A stretch of DNA of 52,282 nt, taken from positions 1 to 52,282 of IMG/VR virus record IMGVR_UViG_3300043747_000021; one strand, written 5' to 3'. Of this stretch, positions 1 to 11,200 are shown piece by piece. Below the pieces are notes generated by a model. The model ran no database searches, had not been told where the DNA came from, and saw nothing but the letters and a program-made list of their open reading frames with translations. Each line of letters opens with the position of its first letter. The first letter of the stretch is position 1. A program made the translations under genes and the position numbers. The stretch comes from a virus (lineage: Duplodnaviria; Caudoviricetes).

Positions 1-266
1 CCATACCCATCAGAACGGGCTCAGCTTTGGCCAGGATTTCGTGCGGATGGAGCAATTGCCGCTGGTCTTTAACGGCACCACGGCGACCGGCAACATCATC
101 TATACCGACCTCGACGAGCCAGCGTTTCCGATGCAAGGTTATTGGACGACCGACGCGCGGCTGTGCTTGCAGGCGGTGGCGCCGTTGCCTTGCACCGTGG
201 TCGGCGCCATTATCGGCATGGCGACGTCGGAACGGATGACGGGGCAATGACGTGGCAATCGCACTA
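1..266. repeat. Terminal direct repeat (assembly circularity overlap), copy 1
   Basis: 1-266 equals 52017-52282 except at 121/52137 (A/G) and 139/52155 (T/C). It lies inside the tail tube B gene. Confidence 0.97.
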
Positions 267-669
267 CCCGGCCAAACTTCCGGTCAATCTTGCCGATTAT
301 TCGATCACGCCAACGACGCAGGACGACGTCAAGGCCTTCTTTCCGCAATTGGCGCCGTTCCGCATCAAGGCGCTCACCATCCGCGTCGGCGGCACAATCT
401 ACGGCATCGGCGGCTACACCACGCTGCCCAACGGCCAGCGCGTCGGCTTCTTCGAGGCGAGCGAGGAGCACATCAAGCACGCGCCCTCGATCGTCTACCG
501 CGCCACCCGGCAATTTATGGAGAACCTCGAACGTGAGGGGGTGACGCGGCTCATTGCACGTTGCGATTTCTCGCGCGATAAGGCCGAAAAGTGGCTGTTG
601 CATTTCGGGTTCGTGCGCGCTGACGGCGATGTGTTCCTGTGGCGCGGCAAAACGAGGGTGGTGGCATGA
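247..669 (+). CDS. GNAT-fold internal virion protein A (T7 gp13-like)
   Basis: ATG overlaps the tail tube B stop (ATGA). C-terminal 'ARCD..RDKAEKWLLHFGF' is typical of gp13-like GNAT proteins, and the position is syntenic. Confidence 0.7.
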   Translation: MTWQSHYPAKLPVNLADYSITPTTQDDVKAFFPQLAPFRIKALTIRVGGTIYGIGGYTTLPNGQRVGFFEASEEHIKHAPSIVYRATRQFMENLEREGVTRLIARCDFSRDKAEKWLLHFGFVRADGDVFLWRGKTRVVA

Positions 670-1157
670 TCCTTGGCGCTATTGCCGGCATTGCCGGGGC
701 TGCGATCGGCATGGCCGGTGCCGCGCAGCAGGCGAGCGCGCTGCGCCAGCAGGCGGCCGAAGAGCAACAGCTCGCGCAATATAAGAACCAGCTTGACCTT
801 CAGCAGGGTCAGGAACAATTCGCAATCCAGCAGCGCAAGGCGCAGCAAGCCGAACTCAAGGGCAAATACGTGCAATCGGAGTTGCTCTCCAAGGTCGCGG
901 CCGGCGGCGGCGGCGGGCAAGACCCGACCGTGATCAAGCTTAGCGCCGACATTCGCGGTCAAACCGCCTACGATGCGCTGACGCAATTGGCGCAAGGGGA
1001 GCTGATCAAGCAATCGTACCAGGCGCAGGGCGCGCTCGAAAAATATCAGGGCGATATCGAGGCCCAGGCGCTCAACGCGCAGGCCGACCAGACGATGATG
1101 GCAGGCGTCGGCGGTCTGATCGGGGGAATTGGCGGGGCGTTCCGGGGATTCGGCTAA
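666..1157 (+). CDS. Small ejection/internal virion protein (gp14-like)
   Basis: Gly/Ala-rich hydrophobic ends, Gln/Ala-rich helical core, ATGA overlap, synteny. Confidence 0.75.
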   Translation: MILGAIAGIAGAAIGMAGAAQQASALRQQAAEEQQLAQYKNQLDLQQGQEQFAIQQRKAQQAELKGKYVQSELLSKVAAGGGGGQDPTVIKLSADIRGQTAYDALTQLAQGELIKQSYQAQGALEKYQGDIEAQALNAQADQTMMAGVGGLIGGIGGAFRGFG

Positions 1158-1253
1158 ATAAAGTGCCCGCGGGGTGACCGGGCTGGGGGATGAGGGGGTC
1201 TCAGCTTTCGACCACCCGCGGGCTTGCGCTTTACGCGAGACTGAAAAGCGCCC

Positions 1254-1282
1254 CTGACAGGTGGGAGATTCGCGGCCATACT
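1254..1282 (+). promoter_or_regulatory. Putative sigma70-like promoter upstream of the large ejection genes
   Basis: CTGACA-N17-CATACT in the 168-bp intergenic gap. Confidence 0.35.
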
Positions 1283-1325
1283 GCAAGCCTGACGGCGGCT
1301 CTCCACAGCAATCCACAGGCTCACC

Positions 1326-4300
1326 ATGCCCAAGCTCCCCGACATCTGGTCGGTCCCTCCCCCGTCATTCGGCGGCGGCGGGTTCGTGCCGCATGTGCCG
1401 CAGGCCCGGCTCATTCCGCGCGGCACCGGCCTGCAAGCAATCGGCAAGGGCATCGCCGAAGCGGGCGCCGGCTTGGCCGCCATGTTCAAACGCATGGAGG
1501 CGAAGGCCAAGCAGCAGCAGCACCTCGATAGCCAGACGCAAATCCTCGCCGCCCAGCTCGCCGTGCAGCGCACCTTGAATCAACTCTATCAAGACGGCCT
1601 GAACTCGAACGATCCCGGCAACGCCACCTCGACCTATCGCAACTCGGCGCGCAGCGCGATTGAAGAGGCCGCGCAAGCGATCGCCGATCCGCGGGTGCGG
1701 GAGAATTTCATCCTCAAGAACGCCATCGGTGCCGAACAGCACGCTCTGCACATTAGCAACGAATCCTACAAGCGTGTGATGCAAGACCATTGGGACGCCG
1801 ACAACAAGACGCTCGACGACATGCACGATCAGGCGATTCGTGATCCCAATCATCTCAGCGATTACGTCGGCGCCATTGACCGCCAGATTGAGATGATGCG
1901 CGAGAAATATCATTTCTCGCCGTCCACCGCCGAGACGCTGCGGCGGCGCGCCTCTTCGAACATCGGGCTCGGGCTCGGCCGCATCGAAAGCAGACGCGAT
2001 CCGCAAAAGCTCAACGACGAGTTACGTCAATGGATCGATTCCGGCGTGCCCGAAGACCAGCGGGCGCCCGGTCCGCGCGGCGGCGACCCGTTCTATCCGA
2101 CACTGCCGAAGCCGCTCGATTTTCCCGTGCCAAACATGGACGACGAGGAGGACCGGCGTGCGCCCCGGGACGACACCGAAGGCGACGACACCGAAGGCGA
2201 CGATACGCAATCACGGCTTGAGGACACCGCGCCGATCCGGCTCGCCTCGCTCGACTACTACCCGCTTGGCCGGTTCAACTCGCCGGGCGGTGTGCCGGGT
2301 ACCGGAATTAACCCGGGCGCGGAGGGCGTCGATGCGCAAATCGGTAACGTCCATTCGCTCGCCGAGCAGCGCCAAATCGCGTTCGGCCGCGAGGTCCGCG
2401 ACCCGCGGGTGATGGCGCTGGTCGCCGCCAACATGGAAGCGGAGGTCGGCAAGGAGAATCCGAACGGCAAGCTCGGCTACATCGAGGTCATCATGAACCG
2501 CGCGCTGTCGCGCGGGCAATCGCTGGAAGAGGTGGTGTCGCGGCCTGAATACTACGACAAAGCCGGACGTACCCACCGCTTGACGCTGACACCCGGCTTC
2601 GGCGCAGATCAGATTCCGCTGCTGCAAGACCTCGTCGGGCAGGCGATGCGCGGCAGCAACATCACCAATTACGCGACCGGCAACGAATCGGGCCGCGGAC
2701 ATCAACCCGGAACAACTGACGCTGATATCACAGTCAATCTCGGGCCCGGCCATGAACGCTATCTGCGGGAGCAAGAGGACCGGGGCTGGTGGTCGCGCAT
2801 GCTGTCCTACGGCAACCACGCCATGCCGCTCGGCGGCGCCGCCGATCCCGTGCGTATCCGCTCGGACGATATGAACTTCCTCGAACAACGTGGCGGCCAC
2901 GAGGATCGGCTTCAAGGTGAGAGCGTGCCGCAGTTCGCCCCGGAAATGGCGGCGCGGTTGCGTGCGGCCGGCGAGGCATATGAGCGTGAGACCGGCCGGC
3001 GGGCTGAATTTGGCGCGATGTCACGCAGTCACGAGCGGCAGGTTCAATATCGCGCCGACTATTTGGCGGGCGTGGGTGGCCTCGCGGCCCCGGCCGGGCA
3101 ATCGCGCCACGAGCGCGGGCTTGCCGTGGACATTCCCAAGGGCCCCTTCCTCGACTACCTGCACGCCAATGCGCAGCGGTTCGGCTTGAGCTATCGCGTC
3201 TGGTACCGCACCGGCAAGGACGCCGGCCATACCGAAATGTCAGACGGGCAGACGGTCGAGCCCGGCCGCGAGGCGCAGGCGCGCACCATGTTCGTGCCGG
3301 CGGAATCCGGCCGCAGCGGGCCGCTGCGGCTCGCCGCGCTCGGCCCGTTGACCGGCTACATGTTCCGGGCCGATCCAGGCCACACCACAGGCACCGTGCC
3401 GCTGGCGCCGCCGCGGCGGGTGGCGGAGGCCGATGTTTCACGTGAAACACGGCCGCGGACGGGCGTGGCACAGGTGCAATCGCCGGGGCCGGCGGAGCGA
3501 ATCCCCTATGGTCCGGTTAAGGGCGTGCCGCATTTACTAGAGCAATTCAATGGCTTAGGCGCAACGCGTCCGCTGGGCCCCGGGGAGTACATCACGCTGC
3601 CCAACGGTGCGATGGCGAACGAGATGACCTACACGACGGAGGTCGGCGGCAAAAATCGCTGGGGCGTTGTGCCGGGCCTATGGATCGTCAACGGCGTGCC
3701 GACCCATGTCACCGAGGATCAGGCGGGTGAATACGCCGAGCGCTCGGGCCTCAATTGGAAGATATTTCCAACAGTGCAGGCGGCAGAGAAGTTCGCCAAC
3801 GATCGCGAGGCAGTATGGGAACGCACGCCTCATGGTCGCACCGACGCCCAGCCGGCGCTATGGACGCGGCCGAATGAAACGCCGATCCAGCGGGCGTTGC
3901 GGGAGGGCTTCGAGCAGGGGCAGGCGGCCGATGCCCAAAGGAATCAGCGGATTCGTGAGGGCCGGCCGGTCGGGCCCGAGCCGGTGACGCCGCCGCCCGG
4001 GCATTCGGAGCCGATCAATCCCGACGGCCTTGTGCTGCCGAAGCGGCGCCAGCCCGGTGAGCCTGGGTTCAACCCCAAGTTCGACAACATGAACCCGGAG
4101 GACATCTACAAGCTCATTCTCGCCAACTCCACCGCGCTCGCCAAGGATCATCAGGTGAGCACCGCCACCTCGATTCCGAATTTCCTCGCCATCAAGGACA
4201 TGATCACAAGCGGCAAGGATATCAACGGCATCAAGAAATACGCCGATGCATCGCTGCTCGCGGCCTCACGCGGCGATCCCGTCCACGGCATTACTCAGCA

Positions 4301-5279
4301 GCATTGGAATGACATCCAGCGCATGATCAGGGACCGGGAGAATGCGACCACCGCCGAAGCCAAGGCGAAGATTCGGACTGAAGATGGCGCCATGCACAAT
4401 TTCTTCGGCATGGTGTCGCGACCCGAGTTTCTCAAGACCGATCCGCAAGAGAATGTCCCTGTAGACCCGGACAATCCGCTCAGCATCTTGCAGCCCCAGG
4501 TCACTCCAGTGTCGCGTCTGCCGCCCGAGCAAGTCGCGGATGCGAGACGCCGCAATTACGAGTTCGAAATGAACGTCGAGCGGGAGATGGCGGCGCTGCG
4601 CGCCCTGAAGCTCGATCCCACCGATTTGTTCAAGCCCGACAAACCCAATTACATCGGCCCACGCGCCGACGGATCGCGCTCGCCGATGGACGCCTATAAG
4701 GAGAACCCCAATATCATCGATCGTGAGGGCACGAGGATTCCCGGCCGCTACGGTCCGGCGGGTTTTCCTTGGCAGCTCGATCCCGAGCGGGCTGGTGAAT
4801 TGAAGATTAAATCAATTCCCGGTGAATTGATCGAAAACTATAATGAGCGCGTGAAGGCTGCAGCCGCGAAGTTCCAAGATACGCTGGTTGGCACGCCGCT
4901 GCCGCCGCCGGCACCGGCGGCGCTGATTGAGCTGAGGGCGAAGGAGGCGCAACAGAAGCAGCAGGAGACCACAGAAGAACCGGCTACGCCAGGAAGGGAT
5001 TTTGGCGTTAAGGGTGTGTTGTTGCCGCAGCAAGCGCCGAAGACGCCAGAGCAACAACAGGAGGAGGAGCAACGGCGAGAGCAGTTGCGGGAACGGGCGG
5101 GGGCAGTTTGGAAAAAACTATTCCCCGATGAACCTTATTTGCGTCTGAGACCAGCAGCGCCAGAACCGCCGCCGCCGGCGCCGCTGCGCCCCGATATGCC
5201 GCCGCCGCCACAATTGGTGCCGAAGACGCGACCGCAAACCATGCTCAACATGCCGCTGCCTGACGAGGAAGAGGCATGA
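1326..5279 (+). CDS. Ejection protein (gp15-like) with SleB/Hydrolase_2-like and M15 peptidase-like peptidoglycan hydrolase domains
   Basis: 'MEAEVGKENPNGKLGYIEVIMNR' (SleB-like) and 'SRHERGLAVD' (SxHxxGxAxD) followed by 'DAGHTE'; 1317 aa; synteny. Confidence 0.8.
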   Translation: MPKLPDIWSVPPPSFGGGGFVPHVPQARLIPRGTGLQAIGKGIAEAGAGLAAMFKRMEAKAKQQQHLDSQTQILAAQLAVQRTLNQLYQDGLNSNDPGNATSTYRNSARSAIEEAAQAIADPRVRENFILKNAIGAEQHALHISNESYKRVMQDHWDADNKTLDDMHDQAIRDPNHLSDYVGAIDRQIEMMREKYHFSPSTAETLRRRASSNIGLGLGRIESRRDPQKLNDELRQWIDSGVPEDQRAPGPRGGDPFYPTLPKPLDFPVPNMDDEEDRRAPRDDTEGDDTEGDDTQSRLEDTAPIRLASLDYYPLGRFNSPGGVPGTGINPGAEGVDAQIGNVHSLAEQRQIAFGREVRDPRVMALVAANMEAEVGKENPNGKLGYIEVIMNRALSRGQSLEEVVSRPEYYDKAGRTHRLTLTPGFGADQIPLLQDLVGQAMRGSNITNYATGNESGRGHQPGTTDADITVNLGPGHERYLREQEDRGWWSRMLSYGNHAMPLGGAADPVRIRSDDMNFLEQRGGHEDRLQGESVPQFAPEMAARLRAAGEAYERETGRRAEFGAMSRSHERQVQYRADYLAGVGGLAAPAGQSRHERGLAVDIPKGPFLDYLHANAQRFGLSYRVWYRTGKDAGHTEMSDGQTVEPGREAQARTMFVPAESGRSGPLRLAALGPLTGYMFRADPGHTTGTVPLAPPRRVAEADVSRETRPRTGVAQVQSPGPAERIPYGPVKGVPHLLEQFNGLGATRPLGPGEYITLPNGAMANEMTYTTEVGGKNRWGVVPGLWIVNGVPTHVTEDQAGEYAERSGLNWKIFPTVQAAEKFANDREAVWERTPHGRTDAQPALWTRPNETPIQRALREGFEQGQAADAQRNQRIREGRPVGPEPVTPPPGHSEPINPDGLVLPKRRQPGEPGFNPKFDNMNPEDIYKLILANSTALAKDHQVSTATSIPNFLAIKDMITSGKDINGIKKYADASLLAASRGDPVHGITQQHWNDIQRMIRDRENATTAEAKAKIRTEDGAMHNFFGMVSRPEFLKTDPQENVPVDPDNPLSILQPQVTPVSRLPPEQVADARRRNYEFEMNVEREMAALRALKLDPTDLFKPDKPNYIGPRADGSRSPMDAYKENPNIIDREGTRIPGRYGPAGFPWQLDPERAGELKIKSIPGELIENYNERVKAAAAKFQDTLVGTPLPPPAPAALIELRAKEAQQKQQETTEEPATPGRDFGVKGVLLPQQAPKTPEQQQEEEQRREQLRERAGAVWKKLFPDEPYLRLRPAAPEPPPPAPLRPDMPPPPQLVPKTRPQTMLNMPLPDEEEA

Positions 5280-8200
5280 CCGCCTTCGACAATCTGCGGG
5301 AGGCGGGTTTTTCCGAGCAGGACATTGCCGACTACGCCTTCCGCACCCAAGCGCCCGCCCTGCGGCAGGCGGGTTATTCGGACGAGGACATCAGCCAGTA
5401 CATCAGCGGGCTGTGGTCGCAGCACCACATTCCCGACGCCATGCTTCAACGGTTCGACGATCCGGGCCCGCAGGCGCGGCTTATGATCAACGCGCAGCAC
5501 GCGCGCATCGCGGAAGCCAACGAAGCCGTCGCCCAAGCGATGAAGCCCGTCGATGACCAGATGCCGGGCCTCGCGGAGTTGACCATCCGCAATCTCCTGG
5601 AAGGACCACGTGAGTTTGGTCAAGGCCTTGCGGCAATCGGCGGGGTGGTGCCGCGCGAGCGGCCGGTGTGGCCCGAAGAAAAGCCGATCGACGTGTTCGG
5701 CGATCCACTGAGCGTCACCGGAAAGAAGTTTTACGCTCAACTGCTGAGAAGCTCACCGACGCTTGCAGGGATGGTTGGCCTCGGCACGCTGGGCTCGGCG
5801 ATTGGTCCCGAAGGTTCGGTTCTTGGTGCGTTGGCCGGCGGTATGGCCGGCGGCGGCTTGACGGCCGGCATCCAGAGCCTCGGGCGCCATCTGCGTGAGG
5901 AGACCGACAAGAGCCCGGACGATCCTCATGGCAACTATCGCCGGGCGCTGATGGCCTCGGCACAAGACAGTGCGTTTATGGCGGCGTCCGTCGGCCTGTT
6001 CGGGATTGCGCCGTGGGAGCAGGCGCCCCTCAAGAACCTGTTGTTTCAGGCGATCGGCGTGCAGCCGGCAGCCAGCGCCGCCGAGCAGGCAATCACCAAT
6101 ATCGAGCAAGGCCAGCCCGTCGGTCAGGGCGTGCCGAGTGCGGCGATCTCAGGCGCGGTCGGGACGCTCGTGCCGGCCGCGGCCATGGAGCCCATCAAAT
6201 ATGGCGGACGCCTTCTGCGCGGCAAGCCGCCGCCGCGCACCGATGTGCCGCCGCCGCCGCCGCCGCCGCCAGATACAAAGGCGGCGGCCGAAGACGCGGC
6301 GCGCCAAGCCCAGCAGGACAATGACAACATCGTGCGCACCGGCCTGTTGCAGACCGGCGAGGCCACTATCCAGCGCGTCAACCCGCAGACCGGCCAGACG
6401 GAATCGATCGGCAGCCTGCCGACGGCGCAGGATATGACGGACGCCGCCAAGATCATCGGCGCCGGCACACTCGATCCCGCCACCCGCGACGGCCTGCTCA
6501 ACCAGTGGCTCACAAACGGCGTTCATCCCGGCGAGATCGCTGCCGATTCCAAGATTGACCCAGGCCTCGCCCGGTTCGGCGAAGCCCCGACCGCACCCCC
6601 GCCGCCACCGCTGCCGCCGCGCGATGCGCCGCCGCCCGAGCGCGTCGCCGCGATCCGCCTGCCCTTGGTCGAGCCGCGGGTCGAGCCGCCACGAGTGGCG
6701 CCGGAACGCCCGCGGGAAGCCCCGCCAGTGGGGGTCGAGCCGCGCCTTCCCCTGGAGACCCCCGGTGTGGAACGCCCGCCAGCGGCCGCGCCAGCCCCGC
6801 CAGAGGCTGCTCCCGCGGCCGAGCCGGCGGTTCACGTGCCGGCGCCCGCCGCGGCCGAGCCGGCGCCCGAGCCGCGTCTGCCGGGCCGGGAGCTACCGCC
6901 CGAGGCGCCGCCCGAGGCGCCGCCCGGGGAGGTTGTCCCGCGGGAGGAGGCGCCGCCGGTCGAGGCCGAGGAACCGCCGTTGCCCGAGCTGCCGCCCGAG
7001 GAGATGCCCGACGTTTACGAACGGGTTTATCCGTCGCGGGTCAGGCCGATCGGCGGGTATTTCGAACCGAACGTGTACGAAGTTCGCGGTGAGCCGCCGC
7101 CGCCGTCGAACATGAACGTGGGCGATACCGACATCATTTGGGGACGCAGGCCGACGCGGCGGGAGCCGCAACAGCCTGTCGACCCCATGACCGACAAAGT
7201 TTGGACGGCGCGCGATTCCGATGCCAACGTGCTCGCGACGCTTGCCGCCGTGTGGGATTATGACCAGCGGCGCTATCGATATCATGTCGCGCTGTTTGAC
7301 GCCGAGCGTGCGGTGCGCGAGCAGCAATTCGATACCGTTGGCGACGCGCAGCATTACGTCGAGCGCATGGTGCGCGGCGGCCGTTATGACGAGGTGGGTC
7401 ACGCGGCGGCGATGCGCGAAACGCAAGAACGCGATGGCTTGCGTGATTTGTTGCGCGGTCCGCGCGCCGAACAATTGCTGCCGCCGAAGGGGTTTTTTGA
7501 CCGCATTTGGGACTTTTACGCGCGGCGTATGACGCCCGAGGAGTTCCTGCGCTCCGACCCGGCGTGGTCGGGCGCGCGCGTGCTGGCCGAGCAATGGGGA
7601 TGGCGTGAGGCCGAGGCGTTCTCCTATCTCGCCAACGAGATGTTCTCGCGCATGGGCGCCACGCAACGTATGTCGCCGAAGGAGGCGGCGCGGTTCATGG
7701 CGCGCGAGCGCGGGATTGCCGTCGTGCCGGACGAGCCGGCGCCGTCGCCAGCAAGCGTGGGCGAGGACGTCCAGGCGGCAATTATCAAGGATTGGAGCCG
7801 GTTTGATGTTCTGACGCCCGAAGCGCGCGCCAGGGAATCGACGCTTGCGCTGCTGGTCGAGCGCGAGTTGATGCGGATGCTCGGACGCGATTTCGTTCAC
7901 GTCATGGTGTCACGCGGCGCTGTTCTCAAGGGCGTACCTCAGTTTGAGCATTTGCAAACGGCGGCTGGCGCGCAAACGGGAGTTGCCGGGCTTGCCTACA
8001 CGCGCACGGATACTGCCGGCAATCTGGTGAAAGGGCTTATCCGCTTGGCATTGGGCGAGCGCGAGTTGTTGCGCACGACCGCGCATGAAGGCTTCCATAT
8101 CTGGCAAGATTATCTGGCGACGGATCGCGAGATAGAAATCCTCGATCGCGGCACCGAGGAGATGCGCAGGAACGTTGTTGCTGCTGAGCTAAAGAAGGCG

Positions 8201-11200
8201 GGCAAAACTGACGCGCAGATTGCCGATTGGCCGACCCGGGAGGTTTGGGCAGAGGCGTTCGATACTTACTGGAAGGACCGTAAAGCCGGCGTTCCGCATT
8301 ACGTTAGGCCGGTCTTCGACAAGTTCATTAATTTTCTGAACCGGCTTCGCAATGGGCTGCGCGGTTTGGGATTCCGCACCTACCGCGATATTTTCAGGGA
8401 CATTTACGAGGGCGAGGCAAGTGCGCGCCAGCGCGCCATGCGCGTACGGCCGGGGACAGAAACGCTTGATGAGCTGGTCTACCAGGAGTTTTTGCGTGGC
8501 ACCGGGCTCGCCTCGCGGGCGCGTGGGGAGGGCGAGCGTTCGTTTACGACGGCGATGGGCTCGCAGTATGTGGTGCATGAGAACGGGCAGACCACACGCA
8601 ACAAGGCGGCGCGTGATGTGCCGGGCCATGAAGGCGATTTCGGGCCGCAGCCGCGCTCGGAAAAGACCTATTACCTGACGCCTGAGAACGCGAATCGGCT
8701 GGCGATCCCGTCGGGCGCACGGGTTCGTTATGTCGATCATGGCAACGGCACGCTGACGCAAGTGCAATACCATGAGGCGACGGGCAAATGGGGCACGGGC
8801 CGTGATCCCGTGGCAGGCAACCATAGGGTGCCTGCCGAAACCGAGCCGCGAGTCGGGTTGATCCCGTTCGAGCTTTGGAAAAAAGGGACGACCGAGGGTT
8901 ACAACTCCTACAGCGGGTGGCATTTCGGGAACCCAATCACCGAGGTGCGGCCGGGCATTGGCGGGGTGACGGCGCAGGCTGAGTTTAAGATCGATAAGAG
9001 CACGCCAGGGATTGCGCAGATATACCGTGCCGAGTTGCCCGAAGGCGTGAGGGGGCAAGGGCTTGGTGTGCAGATGTATGAACAGGCGGCAAGAGAAGCT
9101 GCCGCAGAGGGTCGTCGATTAGCATCCGATGCGGTGGTATCGGCTGACGCTGAACACGTGTGGCAGGCACTGAAGCGGCGTGGCTATGACGTCGTGCAAA
9201 ATCCGGCAGCGCGACGGGTGGAAGGCGGGGGGTTGTCAACCCGTGTCGAGGGAACGTCGAAATATCAAGGTCCCGTGTTCGAAATCCAAGGAGCACCTCG
9301 TGCCGCGCCCGAGCCTGCGAGCTATGCCACGCAATTGGCGGCGGCGTTGGGTGACGATACGAAATTCCCTGAAGTCTACCACCGACTGAAGAACGAGCCG
9401 CGCGAGGTGGTCGTGGCGGCGGCCAACGAGTTCTACGGGCCGGTGTCGCCCGGCACCAGCAAGAACAAGGCGCTGGCGCGGGTGTTGGCGCGTCACGCCA
9501 AGCTGATGTCATTCGAAAGGGGAGGCGCTCCCTATGCCCTACCACAGCCCGCCGATTTAACGCCGGCTATCGCGGCGGCGGCTCGGCGGATGTCGATTGA
9601 CCCCGACAGGTTGGGTGAAATTCAAGGCGATACAATTTTAGGCGCGATGCCGAATATGTACGGGCGATTGCGCGATGGTCGAGAAATGCCAATGAATGCC
9701 GGTGCCGATACGCTATGGATTGGTGCCAAGGGTGGAATGATCGATCCGCGTTTGTTGACTCATTTTAAAAGTGCAGCAACCAATAATGAATGGTTTCCAG
9801 TCAAAGGAGAACGTCGTGCCGTACCAGAGCCCACCCCCACCGTACCCGTTCAGCGCGCTGCCGAGGACGAACGCGTTCCTGCGCCCGCGCCACCCGCCCC
9901 CGGTCCCGCTCCGCCAGCCCCCGAGACCGAGCCGCCCGCCGGGCGTGTCCGTGGACCCCGTGCCACCGGCCGGGCCGCCGCCGATCCCGATACCTGGAAC
10001 CTCGTCGAGTTCCTGACGTCGCGCGATAACGCCAAGCCTGGGCTCAAGCCGATCGCCGAGCTGACCGACCAACTTGGCAGGGGCTACTCCGTGCCGGGTA
10101 TGGGACGGGTGTTCCGCACGAACGGGATGACGCTTGATGAGGCGATGCCGGCGGCGATTGCCGGCGGCTATCTGTCGCCGGACGTGCTCAACGACGCCGA
10201 CGGTGGCCATAAGAAGTTGGTGGAGGCGATCACGACGCTCGCCTTGAAGGAGGGTCAGGTCGCCGAACGGCCGGTTGATGTCAAGGCTGAGCGCGACAAG
10301 ATCGAGCTGGAGCTGGTGAATGCGCTTGAGCTTGCCGGCACGCCCGAGGACCCGGTCGAATTGAGGACGTTCAATCGCGCCGTGCAATTCATAGAGGCTG
10401 GGCACGAACGCAATCCGCAGGCGGCCTATCGTCGGGCGTTGATGGAAGAGGACGAGCATGCCACGAGCACCGAGCCGATCGAGCCGCGCACCGGAGCCAT
10501 ACCCGGGTTTGACGATGAGCCACCCGCAGGCGCACCGGGCGAGGGCCGCACAGTTGAAGGCGAGCCCGTACCAGAGCCCGCGATCGGCGGCGCTCGCGAG
10601 GATGCACGACCTCCTGGCGAGCGCGATGGAGCGGTCGCTGGCGGGCCAGACGACAAGACCGAGCAAAGTGCGCCCACGCCGGTCGAGCAAGAAGCGCGTA
10701 ACCGCTCCACTGCCGGGCTAGACCAGCCGCTGCCGGCCGGTGCCAAGCGCGAGGCCATGCTGGACGAGGCGCACCTCGCGCGGCAGGCGGCGCGTGACGA
10801 CCCGCAGATAGCCATGGATTTCACGGGTCGGGCGGCGGCGGCCGAGCATGACGCCTTCAAGCTCGATCCGGCGCAGCGTGAGGCGGCGGAGCGCGAGCTG
10901 GAAGCGCAGTTCGCAATGCTCGACGACTTCAACGAGCGGGTGATGCCGGAAGCCGATCCGTCGACGCGGCCGGGCGGACCCGGCGATACGTGGGGCGGCG
11001 GTGCGCCCGAGGGACCGCCGGGGACCGGCGGCACCGGTGACGGCAGTGCCGGGTCGGCGGCGCGGGCGGCCAACGAGATGAACCCGCCGAACGAGCGCCG
11101 GCCGTGGATGATGAACATCGTGCAGCGCATGATGATGCTGCCGCAGATGGTGGCAAAGCGCGATCCGATTGTTGCCGGGCTGGAGGCGCTGCTGTCGCAA

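Noticed and set aside
1-266. T7-like physical direct terminal repeat
   Set aside because: It lies within a coding region spanning two overlapping genes, which an assembly overlap explains better.
1158-1325. Hammerhead or other self-cleaving ribozyme, or tRNA
   Set aside because: No CUGANGA/GAAA core or cloverleaf could be identified on either strand by eye.
2169-2205. 15-bp tandem repeat (DDTEG) in the ejection protein
   Set aside because: A short in-frame slippage duplication in a disordered linker with no sign of function.
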